Of a stretch of 64,000 nt of DNA, positions 19,138 to 29,158 are shown in pieces (positions within the stretch are counted from its first letter, which is position 1; each line of letters opens with the position of its first letter). The stretch lies in contig CAYQCW010000007.1 of NCBI GenBank assembly GCA_964416155.1, positions 25,217-89,216 of the forward strand. Reading direction: 5' to 3'. A program made the translations under genes and the position numbers. Source of the stretch: an uncultured Nitrososphaerota archaeon. GTDB lineage: Archaea > Thermoproteota > EX4484-205 > JAAOZP01. Under the pieces are notes generated by a model. It saw only the letters and a list, made by a program, of their open reading frames with translations, made no database searches and was not told where the DNA came from.

Positions 19138-19193
19138 TCGCCAGCATTCTTCGGAAAAGGGGCTTAAAACGTTTTCGCTTCTTAAAAACCAGG

Positions 19194-20207
19194 ATGAAAA
19201 AGTTAAACCAGCGTGAACAGCTCTTCAGAAGCATGGTGACGCGCAGCGCGTTCAGCGAGTACCCGGCGATAGATTTCATAAAAAAGAGGTTCCCCCAGTC
19301 TGGAAACATTCTTCCCACTTACGATGATGCTTGGGGCTGCGTGCTCAGCAAGAAGCATCTTGTTTTCGCAGGAGACATGCTGGTTGAAACAACCGACGTC
19401 CCCCCTTTCATGACGATTAGGCAAATGGGTTTTAAAAGCTTCACGATAAGCGTGAGCGACATCGCCTCTAAAGGAGTAGCCCCAACCTACTACTATCTAA
19501 TCATCGGGCTTCCACGGGGATTCGGCTGGGGGAAGTTCAGGGAACTGGTAGAGGGGTGGAGGGACGCTGTCAACCTTTACGGGGGGACACTTATGGGTGG
19601 GGATACTAACGAGTCTTCCTGTGTTACCATTAGCGCGGTTGCTTTGTCTCTTTCAAATAAGCTGCCGATCCCTAGAACAGGCGGTAAGCCGGGTGATATT
19701 GTTGCTGTAACCGGGACATTTGGAGAAACATACGTTGGCTTCAAGCTGATGAAAAGCCTTGACGAGCTGTCTGAAAATCTTAGGAGACGCGTATTGAAGA
19801 AAATATGCAGGCCCGTAGCACGGCTTAGGGAAGGCTTGGCGCTTAACGGTGTCGCAGTAGCATGCACTGATTCGAGCGACGGCCTTGCAATATCCCTGTA
19901 CAATCTTATTCGTGGAACTGGCAAAGGGATATTAGTAGAGAGACTACCGGTCAGCAGGGGACTTGAAGAAGCATCTAGAATCCTCGGAGTATCGTTTTCT
20001 CAAATGGTTTTCTACGGGGGCGAGGAGTTTGAGCTTGTGACAGTGATCCCTAGAAAAAAATGGAAAAATGCTGTTAAAAGAGTTGAACATGTTGGAGGAT
20101 GTTTAATACCTATTGGAAGGATCGTGGATCGTAAGGGGGTTTGGCACCGTAGGGAGGACGGTAAGACGGTTAGGGTTTTAAGAAGCGGATGGGAGCATTT
20201 AAAATAA
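19194..20207 (+). CDS. PurM-superfamily kinase, ThiL-like (thiamine-monophosphate kinase candidate)
   Basis: LVFAGDMLVETTDVPP...ISVSDIASKGVAPTYY pattern of ThiL/AIR-synthase-related proteins. HypE/SelD-like alternatives not excluded. Confidence 0.5.
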   Translation: MKKLNQREQLFRSMVTRSAFSEYPAIDFIKKRFPQSGNILPTYDDAWGCVLSKKHLVFAGDMLVETTDVPPFMTIRQMGFKSFTISVSDIASKGVAPTYYYLIIGLPRGFGWGKFRELVEGWRDAVNLYGGTLMGGDTNESSCVTISAVALSLSNKLPIPRTGGKPGDIVAVTGTFGETYVGFKLMKSLDELSENLRRRVLKKICRPVARLREGLALNGVAVACTDSSDGLAISLYNLIRGTGKGILVERLPVSRGLEEASRILGVSFSQMVFYGGEEFELVTVIPRKKWKNAVKRVEHVGGCLIPIGRIVDRKGVWHRREDGKTVRVLRSGWEHLK

Positions 20208-20214
20208 CCTGTCT

Positions 20215-20439
20215 TCAGCTTGCAACCAAGGTCTCCGTCTTCTCAACACCCTCGATCGAGTTTATCTCCGCAGTTAGCAGAGCCAATTCCGAAATATCGT
20301 TCGCCTGAAGAATAGCGACTATGTCGAACCTGCCGAAGCATTCGAAAGCATCAATCACGCCGTCGAGCTTTCTGATTTTTTCGAGAACCTGAGTCATTTT
20401 CCCATCGTCAACGCTAATAAGGACGCAGCTGTAAGTCAT
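20215..20439 (-). CDS. Stand-alone Lrp/AsnC C-terminal (RAM) domain protein
   Basis: 74 aa, ferredoxin-like RAM fold pattern (VLISVDDGK...GRFDIVAIL). Confidence 0.45.
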   Translation of the reverse strand: MTYSCVLISVDDGKMTQVLEKIRKLDGVIDAFECFGRFDIVAILQANDISELALLTAEINSIEGVEKTETLVAS

Positions 20440-20678
20440 CCATGACCCTCCCCTTCAACCTCGATCAGGGTTTCAGTGGCACTGACGTTTTTAAAAGACC
20501 TTATCGTGCGAACCGCCTTTGCTATCTCAGCCAAGCTTCCCGCCTCTATCTTGAAGACAACGTCGTATGCGCCTAGGCTTGAAAAAACCAGCTTAACATT
20601 CTCTAATTCTCTAAGCCTTCTGGCAACATCCTTGTAGGTTCCGGCCCTACACCTTATTAACACTACGGCTTTAACCAT
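20436..20678 (-). CDS. Stand-alone Lrp/AsnC C-terminal (RAM) domain protein, tandem paralog
   Basis: 80 aa, VVLIRCRAG...GAYDVVFKIEA. Tandem with 20215..20439. Confidence 0.45.
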   Translation of the reverse strand: MVKAVVLIRCRAGTYKDVARRLRELENVKLVFSSLGAYDVVFKIEAGSLAEIAKAVRTIRSFKNVSATETLIEVEGEGHG

Positions 20679-22416
20679 CGCTATGGGATTCGTTACCGCT
20701 GTGATTTAACTTTTTCCAGGGAGAAAGCATGTAGATTTCACCGTTCTGAACGTCCTCAAGCCTATCTATTCCCGGACAATTATTCAGGTAATCTACGGCT
20801 TCCTTTGCAAGTGGGCCTGAGGGTTTAGTTATCAGGTTGACTACCCTGCCGCCATACGTTTCCCTCATAGCGTCAGAAGTAACTATTAGAACGCCTTTTT
20901 CAACCGGATATGGTTTTCCCGTGACCGACGCGTTTACAAGCCAAGAGTTTGACGGTAGGAACCATGATGTCAAGTTGCCCGTCCAGAAAGCGTTTCTGCG
21001 GGAAACGAACATTAGAAGGGCACCGAGCCTAGTATCAGTATCGATTTTAGAGTTGAAAAACAGCGAGTAGCTGTAAGCATCCTCAACAAGCTTAAGCTCA
21101 GAGTGGCTGATAGACTCTTTAATGCCGTACGTGAATTCCGGCTTAGGATACGATGTGAATGCAAGTGAAAAAATAAAGTAGGCGACAATCATTCCCGCCA
21201 GATACTCTTTTTCCATACTTCTCAACTCGACGCTGAAGCAGCTCAGCCCGTAACCGGCTAACGGGGTTGCAAAATATATGATGAACGTCGGGATCCTGTG
21301 AATAAGCATACGGTAACCCTCTAATGAAAGCAGGAAGGAAGCCTCAACCATGAAAACCATTAACGGAGCCATGAAGAACAACGCGTCGTGAAGCGAGCTT
21401 TTCTTACAGTACTGTATTAAGCCGTGGATCGTAAAAGGCAGGAAGCCTAGTGAAAGGGGCACGGTGAACCAAAGGATTGTTGGCAAAGCCTCAGGGTTAA
21501 GCACAACTGTTAACACGGTGGGAATTATTACACTGACCAGCAGTATTGATGTAAAAATCTTTATGAATGTGAATCTCCGACATTTTTTCACGAATCGCAC
21601 TGTTTCGGCCGTGATGATAGGAAACAGGAACATCGCGACCGCTATCGGAAGCAGGAGAAAAGGTTTTTCAAGAATCATGTTCAGGATTAGCCTCAGCATG
21701 TTTTCCTCCTCCCCAGCTAGGCTCCAAACAGATGCTGATGAGGCTAGCAGGAGAACTATGGTTGCTAAAATTAAGACGAGTAAACGAAATAGACTACCGG
21801 TTTTCTCAAGCTTCAAACAACAGTACAAGTAGGAGGGGAACAGCGAGGAGAAAAACAGGACGAGTTGAAAAGCGGAAAGATGGTGACTCATGACGGTTAA
21901 AAACCCGGAGAGCATAGCAAGCAGCATCCATTTCCAGCTCCCGGTTAAGGCCCTCATTGAGAAGAGTATAGATAGCCCATAGAAAAGTATCCCAAGCCCC
22001 TCCGGTATTATTACGCCCCCGATCTGATGCACGAGAAGGTTGGTCGCTGCAAGATATAGAAACGTGTAAACAGGCTTGTTGCCTTCAGTTTTAAACTGTT
22101 TTGAAACAAAGTAGGGCGGGAGGATGAAAAAAGTGAAGACTATTGGTTCAACGAAGGTGAGGATTTTCATGAAAATGTCGCGGCCCGCAGCCTTGAGAAT
22201 CACTAGTTGAAGATAATAGAAGAGCGGGCCGTGGGGCAGGGACACGGATCCCCCCTCGTTGAGCACAAACACTCTTGAAACAAACTCGTAAATATCAAAC
22301 CCATATGGCAGACCATATTTCACCGAGGGAATCATCCTTAACAGTAATGCGATTGAAAACACTGCGATCAAACACCAGTCTTGCCGCTTTTTCAACCTAA
22401 CCATGTTTGAACCCAT
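20671..22416 (-). CDS. Polytopic membrane glycosyltransferase-like protein (GT-C fold, ArnT/PMT-like) with C-terminal soluble domain
   Basis: About 13 predicted TM helices followed by a ~150-aa soluble C-terminus. No WWDYG AglB motif seen. Confidence 0.4.
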   Translation of the reverse strand: MGSNMVRLKKRQDWCLIAVFSIALLLRMIPSVKYGLPYGFDIYEFVSRVFVLNEGGSVSLPHGPLFYYLQLVILKAAGRDIFMKILTFVEPIVFTFFILPPYFVSKQFKTEGNKPVYTFLYLAATNLLVHQIGGVIIPEGLGILFYGLSILFSMRALTGSWKWMLLAMLSGFLTVMSHHLSAFQLVLFFSSLFPSYLYCCLKLEKTGSLFRLLVLILATIVLLLASSASVWSLAGEEENMLRLILNMILEKPFLLLPIAVAMFLFPIITAETVRFVKKCRRFTFIKIFTSILLVSVIIPTVLTVVLNPEALPTILWFTVPLSLGFLPFTIHGLIQYCKKSSLHDALFFMAPLMVFMVEASFLLSLEGYRMLIHRIPTFIIYFATPLAGYGLSCFSVELRSMEKEYLAGMIVAYFIFSLAFTSYPKPEFTYGIKESISHSELKLVEDAYSYSLFFNSKIDTDTRLGALLMFVSRRNAFWTGNLTSWFLPSNSWLVNASVTGKPYPVEKGVLIVTSDAMRETYGGRVVNLITKPSGPLAKEAVDYLNNCPGIDRLEDVQNGEIYMLSPWKKLNHSGNESHSDG

Positions 22417-22883
22417 ACGGTGTCATCCCTCCTCAGTAATACTTGGCTGTGACTCCCTGTTTGAACAACACTAGCTGGATCATAACAATAGGCCACAACG
22501 ATTCTCTCAGCCTCAGGATCCGGAGGCAGCTTTACATCAAGCCTTTTACCCTCGCCAGGGTTGAGCGTAACGATGCTGAAGTTTAACGTTTTAAAACCTG
22601 TAAAACAATAGAAGGTATTGTTCTCCGAAACCCTGCTGTACCCATACCCGATTAAGAATATTACACGCCCCTCGTGTTTCTCGCTCGAATTATTTTTTAA
22701 AAAAAGCCCCAGGGAAAAACCGTCGTCTTCCTGCTTGAAATCGATTATCTTAATCGCTAGGAAGCCTTTCGGCGGCGCCTCCAGAAGCACGTAGGCTGTG
22801 AAGAGAATAATTAGAGACAGGCTCATCAGCAACACGACTCTCTGGAAAAAGATGCCGTTCCCACCGCCTCCGTTCCGGCTCAA
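22392..22883 (-). CDS. Membrane-anchored hypothetical protein
   Basis: Single N-terminal TM then ~130-aa domain; sits in the glycosylation cluster. Confidence 0.3.
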   Translation of the reverse strand: MSRNGGGGNGIFFQRVVLLMSLSLIILFTAYVLLEAPPKGFLAIKIIDFKQEDDGFSLGLFLKNNSSEKHEGRVIFLIGYGYSRVSENNTFYCFTGFKTLNFSIVTLNPGEGKRLDVKLPPDPEAERIVVAYCYDPASVVQTGSHSQVLLRRDDTVWVQTWLG

Positions 22884-22977
22884 AGGACATCGGTAGCCAT
22901 GAAAATAGGCTTATTAAACTATTGCCCCCATTCTTGGAAAACTTATTAAACAACGTTAATCCCCGTTTCGGAAGAAT

Positions 22978-23991
22978 ATGCTGGAAAACCCTGTGCTCAT
23001 CGCAGCCGGTTCAGCAGCGATTGGCCTCGCTTCATCCCTTTTAACCTTAAGATACATAACTAGGAGCTTCGTTAGACTCGGCATTTTCGGACTAGATCAT
23101 CATAAGCCTGGGAAGCCACGGATCCCGGAGATGGGTGGCTTAGCATTCATCATAGGTGTTGCGGCAGCCTCGATCCCGGCAGTTCTGCTAAACTTCCACG
23201 TTTCTGAAGTAACGGGGATGATGCTTACGGTGCTCGCAACAGGGCTTGTAGGAGTCATGGATGATTTAAGGAAACTGGGCGCGGTGGAGAAGCCTCTTCT
23301 AACAGCCGCAGCCGGGTTGCCGTTAATCCTTTTACACCCTTACTCCGGCAGCCTGGTTTTAACCTTCGGAATAGTTTTCCAGATCCCCTTAATATACGTG
23401 GTGATTATCCCAAGCTTGCTCGCAGTAGTGTCCAACTCGGTTAACATGTTTGACACTATGAACGGGACTGCGACCGGCTCCTCCCTAATGGTTTTAACAA
23501 CGCTGTTCCTCGTGGCTGCTTTGAAATATTTTACCGGAGGAGGCTTCGACATACTGCTGGCAGTCCTATTGTTCAGCATTGTTTTCCCCCCTATGCTGGC
23601 ATTGTTTTCATACAACAAGTATCCGGCGAGGGTTTTCGTCGGCGATACTGGCACCCTCTCCATAGGGGGTGCTCTTCTAGCTTTTTCAATCATCCGAGGC
23701 TGCGAAATACCTTTGATAATAAGCCTACTGCCTCATTTGACTAACGGTTTCTTCAACCTTTCAAGCGTCGGAAGGCTTTTCGAAAGATCGGAGTTGAAAG
23801 AGAGACCCATAGTGGTTTCGGAGAACGGCACTATATATGCCAACAGGGATTTGAAAGCACCAATAACCCTGACAAGGTTCGTCGCTGCACTAGGCTTCAG
23901 CAATGAGAAGGAGATCATTAAAGCAATCATGACCCTTTGCGCCATATCAAACGGGTTGACTATTTTAACGGTCGCGCTAGGATTATGGTGA
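22978..23991 (+). CDS. Glycosyltransferase family 4 (MraY/WecA/AglH-like) polyprenyl-phosphate sugar-1-phosphate transferase
   Basis: Polytopic membrane protein with VGVMDDLRKLG and NSVNMFDTMNG motifs. Confidence 0.7.
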   Translation: MLENPVLIAAGSAAIGLASSLLTLRYITRSFVRLGIFGLDHHKPGKPRIPEMGGLAFIIGVAAASIPAVLLNFHVSEVTGMMLTVLATGLVGVMDDLRKLGAVEKPLLTAAAGLPLILLHPYSGSLVLTFGIVFQIPLIYVVIIPSLLAVVSNSVNMFDTMNGTATGSSLMVLTTLFLVAALKYFTGGGFDILLAVLLFSIVFPPMLALFSYNKYPARVFVGDTGTLSIGGALLAFSIIRGCEIPLIISLLPHLTNGFFNLSSVGRLFERSELKERPIVVSENGTIYANRDLKAPITLTRFVAALGFSNEKEIIKAIMTLCAISNGLTILTVALGLW

Positions 23992-23995
23992 GAAC

Positions 23996-24256
23996 ATGAG
24001 TAAGCTTCTCAGCCTTAAACCCTTGATTATCCTAATCCTGTTTAACTATGTCGTGATCATATTCGGCTCATACGTCTTTTACACTATTCAAGTAAACATA
24101 GAGAGAACCCTGAGGCCTTTGCCAAGGCTGCTCGTAGGATTTGTTCAAGCAGCCGTCGGATTGCTACTAATATTGCTATGGATATTCTTCTGGCTTAGCA
24201 TGTACAAGCACCTGTTCATAAGAGAGATGCGTAAAGATACTGGGAAGCAGGCTTAA
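23996..24256 (+). CDS. Small two-TM membrane protein
   Basis: 86 aa, hydrophobic. Confidence 0.3.
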   Translation: MSKLLSLKPLIILILFNYVVIIFGSYVFYTIQVNIERTLRPLPRLLVGFVQAAVGLLLILLWIFFWLSMYKHLFIREMRKDTGKQA

Positions 24257-25300
24257 ACAGGTTTCAGAGATCGTTTCAGCGGGGTCCTCCATTTTTCTGA
24301 GCCTCCTTAAAGACGAAAGCCTTCCATGCTCCTCGAATTCCTGCGAAACAGTTTTCCTCAACCAGCTATGCAAATCTTTCTCCCCGGTTGATTTAGCCAG
24401 CAACCCTTTTTTCACGAGAAACTCTTCAACAATCGTGGAGGAGGGATAGATTGATATTGCTGGAACTCCCATGAGCACAGCTTCAGCGCTCATCGTTCCC
24501 CCCGCGCCGATAAAGCCCTTTGAATAGAACAGGATTGAACGAGTATCCTCACCATGTTCAAGTATGTGCACATTCTGTTTTTTAAAAAACCCTCTATATG
24601 TTTCCTCCTCATATCTGGGTACAATAACGATTTTCAACCCCGCTAGATGCTTATCTTTCCGGAAAACTTTTGAAACGGTTTCAAGCGTCAGCCGTCTCAC
24701 GTTTAAATAGGACGCCCTGTACTCTTCAGGCCTGTATACAAGGTATTCTCCTTCAACCAAGCCGTATTTCCTGAGAACGTTTTTCGAAGGATTAAAGTCC
24801 CTCAGCCACGCGACAGGATCTAGTGATCCATAGGTAACTATGTCTCTTACACTTATGCCGTATTTCAGCCAGACTTTTTTCCCAACAACCCTTGGGGTTA
24901 GAAGTCTACGGCTTAGCGGAACAGTCAGTCTTGCAACATGCGTTGAATGCGGGGAATCGTTTACAGAGACATGGGGAATACCCAGTCCAAACGCAACCCT
25001 AGCTGCCTCCGGTGAGCTGAAGCTTAAAACAAGGTCTGGAGCAGTCTTCCTCACGAATTTAAAAAGGCCAATCATCCTGTCGAGCGATGAGGCGAGCTTC
25101 CCGTAGAGGTCTCCGCCCCCATGCCTACCTATGACAACGGGTTTAATACGTGACAATTTGAAAATATTGGTTAACTCAACATACTTGCGTGAAGTAATGA
25201 GCACTCTGCATCCTTTCTCCTCAAGTTTCTCCTTAACCTTGCCGAATAGAAGAGCCTGCTTAGGCGTGAGCACATCTATCATGAACGTTTTCCCAGGCAA
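24176..25300 (-). CDS. DUF354-like predicted glycosyltransferase/epimerase-fold protein
   Basis: 374 aa, Rossmann-like halves. Assignment tentative. Confidence 0.4.
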   Translation of the reverse strand: MPGKTFMIDVLTPKQALLFGKVKEKLEEKGCRVLITSRKYVELTNIFKLSRIKPVVIGRHGGGDLYGKLASSLDRMIGLFKFVRKTAPDLVLSFSSPEAARVAFGLGIPHVSVNDSPHSTHVARLTVPLSRRLLTPRVVGKKVWLKYGISVRDIVTYGSLDPVAWLRDFNPSKNVLRKYGLVEGEYLVYRPEEYRASYLNVRRLTLETVSKVFRKDKHLAGLKIVIVPRYEEETYRGFFKKQNVHILEHGEDTRSILFYSKGFIGAGGTMSAEAVLMGVPAISIYPSSTIVEEFLVKKGLLAKSTGEKDLHSWLRKTVSQEFEEHGRLSSLRRLRKMEDPAETISETCLSLLPSIFTHLSYEQVLVHAKPEEYP

Positions 25301-25392
25301 CTCCCAGGTTCAACACACCTGTGGCCAGCTATTAACTCTTTTAACCTTCCGGCTCAGTTAATCTTAAAAAACGCGTACGTTGAACTATTCGG

Positions 25393-26808
25393 ATGAAGCC
25401 GTTCATAGTATCGCCTGAAGAAGCAGTTGAAAACCTGAGGAAAAGCAGGTATAGGGTTGGAGTATTCGGCTTTGGCCATGTGGGCTTGACCATCGGAGTC
25501 GGATGGGGATTAGCCGGAGCCGGGGTTATAGGGATGACACTCGACAAGCAGGCGATAAGGCTGGTTGAATCAGGCTTATCACCTTTCCCTGAAGAAGCCT
25601 ACTTGTCTGAATACATAAAGAAGTTGAGAAACAGGGGGTTGCTGGAGGTTACGGACGATTACTCTTACGGAGCGCGTGAAACAGACATAAAAATAATCGC
25701 GGTCCCAGTGTATCTTTCAAGCGACAAGAAGCCTGACTTAACTCCAATTATTAGGGTTACGGGGGAAATAGGTAGAAGCCTAGCCAAGGGTGATGTGGTT
25801 ATCGTAGAGACGTCAATACCTCCGGGGACGACGCGTAACGTGGTTAAACCTATTCTGGAGAAGACCAGTGGTTTAAAAGCGGATGAGGATTTCGCCCTAG
25901 CCTACAGCCCTGAAAGAATCTCTGCTGGAACAGTGTTAGCAGACTATTTGGAGAAGTATCCGAAGATAGTTGGCTGCGATTCGCCTAGAAGCCTGGATCT
26001 GGTTGCCAACCTGTATTCAGCAGTCGTTAAAAGAGGCGTGATCAAAATGTCTAGCACTGTTGCAGCCGAGACTGAGAAGTTGTTCGAGGGAGTATATCGC
26101 GATGTCAACATAGCGCTGGCCAACGAGCTCGCTCGCCTCTGCGAGAAGATAGGTGTGCAATACGATGAGGTAAGGGCAGCAGCCAACTCTCAGCCTTTCT
26201 CACACCTGCATACTCCGGGGATTGGCGTAGGAGGCGCCTGCATACCTGTATACCCTTATTTCATAATTGAGACAGGGCTTAAACAAGGGTTGCAGCTTCA
26301 AATCACGCAGCTGGCGAGAAGCATTAATGAAACGGCAACGCAACTATTCATTGAAAAGATCGCCAGGGCAATCCGGTTTCTAAACATGGATCCGTCTGAA
26401 TGCAGCTTCGCGCTGCTCGGCTTATCTTTCAGGGGAGGCACATCAGACACTAGGCTTTCCCCAGCTCTGAGAATACTCGAGTTCATTGAAAAAACCGGGG
26501 CAAGCTTCAGGGCCTGCGACCCGCTTGTCGAAAAAGTTGAAGGAAAGAGTGTTGAGATCCTCAGTGACTGGAGGCAGGCAGTGCAGGGGGCTAATGTAAT
26601 AATAATAGCAAGCGACCATAAGGAGTTCTACCAGATAGAGATAGAGGAAGCATCCAGTTTAGCTGGCGGAGAAACTGCGATACTCGATGGAAAAAATGTC
26701 ATCAGTAATCTAAACGGTAAACCCAAGCACCGTGTTCTTTACGTGGGAGTAGGAAGACCAGCGTTCCTAATAGAACCTGACGGTTTCAGAAAGCGTGCGG
26801 AAATATAG
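25393..26808 (+). CDS. Nucleotide-sugar dehydrogenase (UDP-glucose / UDP-ManNAc dehydrogenase family)
   Basis: N-terminal VGVFGFGHVGLTIG NAD-binding motif, central and C-terminal UDPG-DH domains, 471 aa. Confidence 0.8.
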   Translation: MKPFIVSPEEAVENLRKSRYRVGVFGFGHVGLTIGVGWGLAGAGVIGMTLDKQAIRLVESGLSPFPEEAYLSEYIKKLRNRGLLEVTDDYSYGARETDIKIIAVPVYLSSDKKPDLTPIIRVTGEIGRSLAKGDVVIVETSIPPGTTRNVVKPILEKTSGLKADEDFALAYSPERISAGTVLADYLEKYPKIVGCDSPRSLDLVANLYSAVVKRGVIKMSSTVAAETEKLFEGVYRDVNIALANELARLCEKIGVQYDEVRAAANSQPFSHLHTPGIGVGGACIPVYPYFIIETGLKQGLQLQITQLARSINETATQLFIEKIARAIRFLNMDPSECSFALLGLSFRGGTSDTRLSPALRILEFIEKTGASFRACDPLVEKVEGKSVEILSDWRQAVQGANVIIIASDHKEFYQIEIEEASSLAGGETAILDGKNVISNLNGKPKHRVLYVGVGRPAFLIEPDGFRKRAEI

Positions 26809-27097
26809 GGTTGAAAGAAGGCATATCCTAACGGTTGAGGAGTATTACTGGTTCCAGTTTCACTTTTAGCGTCAAGCAATCCTTAAGCGTATTCGGCTAT
26901 GTGAAAGCCGTTATAATGTGCGTTATTAACTAGGATATAATGATATAATAAGCATGTTTAATGAGGGCGTTAGAAAATCCTCTACCAATAGCCCTTATCT
27001 GGACGTTTAGTAGCAAAATTAGTTATTAATGAGCTATTAGCACGCTATCAAATATCTTATTGATCTGCTATATGGTGAATATTGATGTAAGGCTGTC

Positions 27098-27523
27098 GTG
27101 CAAACCCTGATTTGGTTAGGAGGCTCGGTGAAAAACAGCCGGGCGCAATCTATGACGAGGCTAGGATTCCACGGGTTCTCTGCCAGACCCGCTTGTTTCC
27201 TCAGACGGGTTGAGGAAGATGACGAGGTTGATGAGAAACGCGTTGTCATCGTTGGCCATTCGAGGCTTGGAAAGACAGCCCTGTGGAGGAGGAGAATTCG
27301 TGGAGAATTCTTGGCAACGAAGGCCGCGGACCCGGTTTACAGGCTGCTGGGTACGGATGGGCTGCCGGTGGAGGAGATGCCTCCTTTAAACCATCATGTA
27401 ATGGGGACAATGGGTCATCATGTTCGCTCGGGTGGACACGCTTTAACCCTATACGATTGGGAGAGGTACATGGATTTCGCGGATAAAGCGAAAAACGGAA
27501 CCCCTTCCTGTTTACATCGCTAA
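27098..27523 (+). pseudogene. Fragment of an alpha/beta-hydrolase-like gene in AT-rich region
   Basis: 141-aa ORF with VVIVGHSRLGKTAL and HHVMGTMGHH blocks but no complete fold; surrounded by AT-rich noncoding DNA. Confidence 0.3.
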
Positions 27524-27781
27524 CACGAACGCGCTAACGCGTTATCCGTAGACATAGTCCAACAAGCTCTCGAGATGGGAAAATGCAGGATAGTGGAAAT
27601 GCCGGTCAAATTAGTTTCCATTACTACTAAAATTCTAGTCGTGAAAAACATACCTCTACGAATTACTTATCTTTTATTTAACCTAGTGCACGTAAACCGG
27701 AAACCCTGAGCCCTAGTCGGCAATTCCCTGCAAGTAAAAAGTTATTAAATCCCTGCAAGCAGGTTTTCAACAAGCCCGGGA

Positions 27782-27912
27782 AGCCCGGTGGAGCCAACTA
27801 GGGTGCCGATTGTAATGGCAAAGCATCGCGCTAAGACATGGGGGGCTTTGGTGCAATTTCGCGCTTGCGGAGAAACCCCTTGATGAGAGTTCGAATCTCT
27901 CCCGGGCTACCA
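27782..27912 (+). tRNA. tRNA-Gln (anticodon UUG) with two introns (D-region ~30 nt and canonical ~23 nt); CCA encoded
   Basis: Acceptor AGCCCGG/CCGGGCU with A73-CCA. Anticodon arm GGGGG CTTTGG[intron]A CCCCT. T-arm GAGAGTTCGAATCTCTC. 131 nt total, so ~53 nt are intronic. Exact D-arm intron boundaries not resolved by eye. Confidence 0.7.
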
Positions 27913-28086
27913 TTGTACCCTAGTCAGGTCTACGTTCAAACTCTCGGTTTCTCATGTTCATAATTGTATTACTTGGCGAACTCGCTGATAATTGACCATA
28001 TCTGTGCACATAAGCAATTTGCTCTTTCGTACTCTCCGATAAGTTTTTAAGAGTGTCAGCCTCTGAATGCTTACATAGGAATCCGC

Positions 28087-28539
28087 ATGACTTTAAGCAT
28101 GGGTTATCTCACTTCTAAGCAGAAGCTGATCTGGGATCTGAAACGTAAGGGTTTCTCTGAGGCAAGTATCGCCAGAAAGCTAGATGTGGCACGTCAAACA
28201 ATTCACAAAGCCGTAAGCGTTTGTAAATCTAAAGTCTACATAGCACTTAAAGAGGCGGCCAAGCTCAATAAAATCGATGTTGAGACCATAGATCCGGCAA
28301 AGGGAATTTTGATAGTTACAGTCCAGAGTTCAAAACTAAGGCGCTTGTCACCTTTTCAGCCACCAATGGAATTCAGGTCTGGTATAGGCATGAGGGAGAT
28401 TGCAAAAATTGTGAACAGCTTCAAGTCTGCAGAGAAATGTTGCTGGTTGAGGCAAAAGACCGGAATATTCAACTTCCAGAAAATGCAGATTCGATGTTGC
28501 CATCAAAACTGGCTAAAACTTTGTTCTCAAAGATCGTAG
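28087..28539 (+). CDS. HTH DNA-binding protein (element-associated)
   Basis: LTSKQKLIWDLKRKGFSEASIARKLDVARQTIHKAV helix-turn-helix. Confidence 0.4.
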   Translation: MTLSMGYLTSKQKLIWDLKRKGFSEASIARKLDVARQTIHKAVSVCKSKVYIALKEAAKLNKIDVETIDPAKGILIVTVQSSKLRRLSPFQPPMEFRSGIGMREIAKIVNSFKSAEKCCWLRQKTGIFNFQKMQIRCCHQNWLKLCSQRS

Positions 28540-28543
28540 GTGA

Positions 28544-29158
28544 GTGAAAATGGGCATTCGCAAAAAATTGTTGGATTGGTGTCGAAAACCGAGAGAACGT
28601 GTTTCAGAATCAGCTATACCGCTGTTGTTACCTAACTTTGCTATGAGTTCTCGTTTCTTTTTGTATGTAGGATTTGGATTGATTTTTCTGGCGTTGGTTT
28701 ATTTACCCGTTAAGGTGTGGATTATTGTTCAGCCTGAGACCCCCGAAGTGGAGTTATGGCACTTAGGTCCAATTTATGCACTACTAGTGGGGGTTTGGAG
28801 CCTTCCCTGCTTGCTTTTAGGAATTATAGAATCTTCCATATCTAAGAAAGTTGCTTCGTTGCGTCTTGCTCCAATTCTATGTCTTGCCAATATCTTTTTG
28901 ATATTGACAATAGTGAACCAGATCAGATTCTGGCGTGGCATGGAGCTTCAGATGCTGCTTAACTACAGTCCATTTCTTGCTCCGTGTGCAATCGTTAATA
29001 TGATAGGGCTTCTCTATTTCGCAAATAGTGGAAAACTTGCAAAGGCTTTGAAAAATCCAATAATAAGAGTGCTTTTAATAATTATGTTTGCGGCAATCCC
29101 CTTCAGCATTACATGGGAAATATTATATTCTTGGCATCGCTGGGGTTTTCCTCATTAG
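28544..29158 (+). CDS. Polytopic membrane protein (element-associated)
   Basis: 204 aa, ~6 TM segments. Confidence 0.4.
   Translation: MKMGIRKKLLDWCRKPRERVSESAIPLLLPNFAMSSRFFLYVGFGLIFLALVYLPVKVWIIVQPETPEVELWHLGPIYALLVGVWSLPCLLLGIIESSISKKVASLRLAPILCLANIFLILTIVNQIRFWRGMELQMLLNYSPFLAPCAIVNMIGLLYFANSGKLAKALKNPIIRVLLIIMFAAIPFSITWEILYSWHRWGFPH

Noticed and set aside
19115-19424. Two minus-strand ORFs (67 and 73 aa)
   Set aside because: They overlap tRNA-Thr and the 5' end of the ThiL-like gene; no motifs.
26809-27097. AT-rich 290-bp spacer with AUGAUA/UGAUGU-like strings, considered as a C/D box sRNA
   Set aside because: Box C/D/C'/D' order and spacing could not be made consistent; probably just promoter-like AT-rich DNA.
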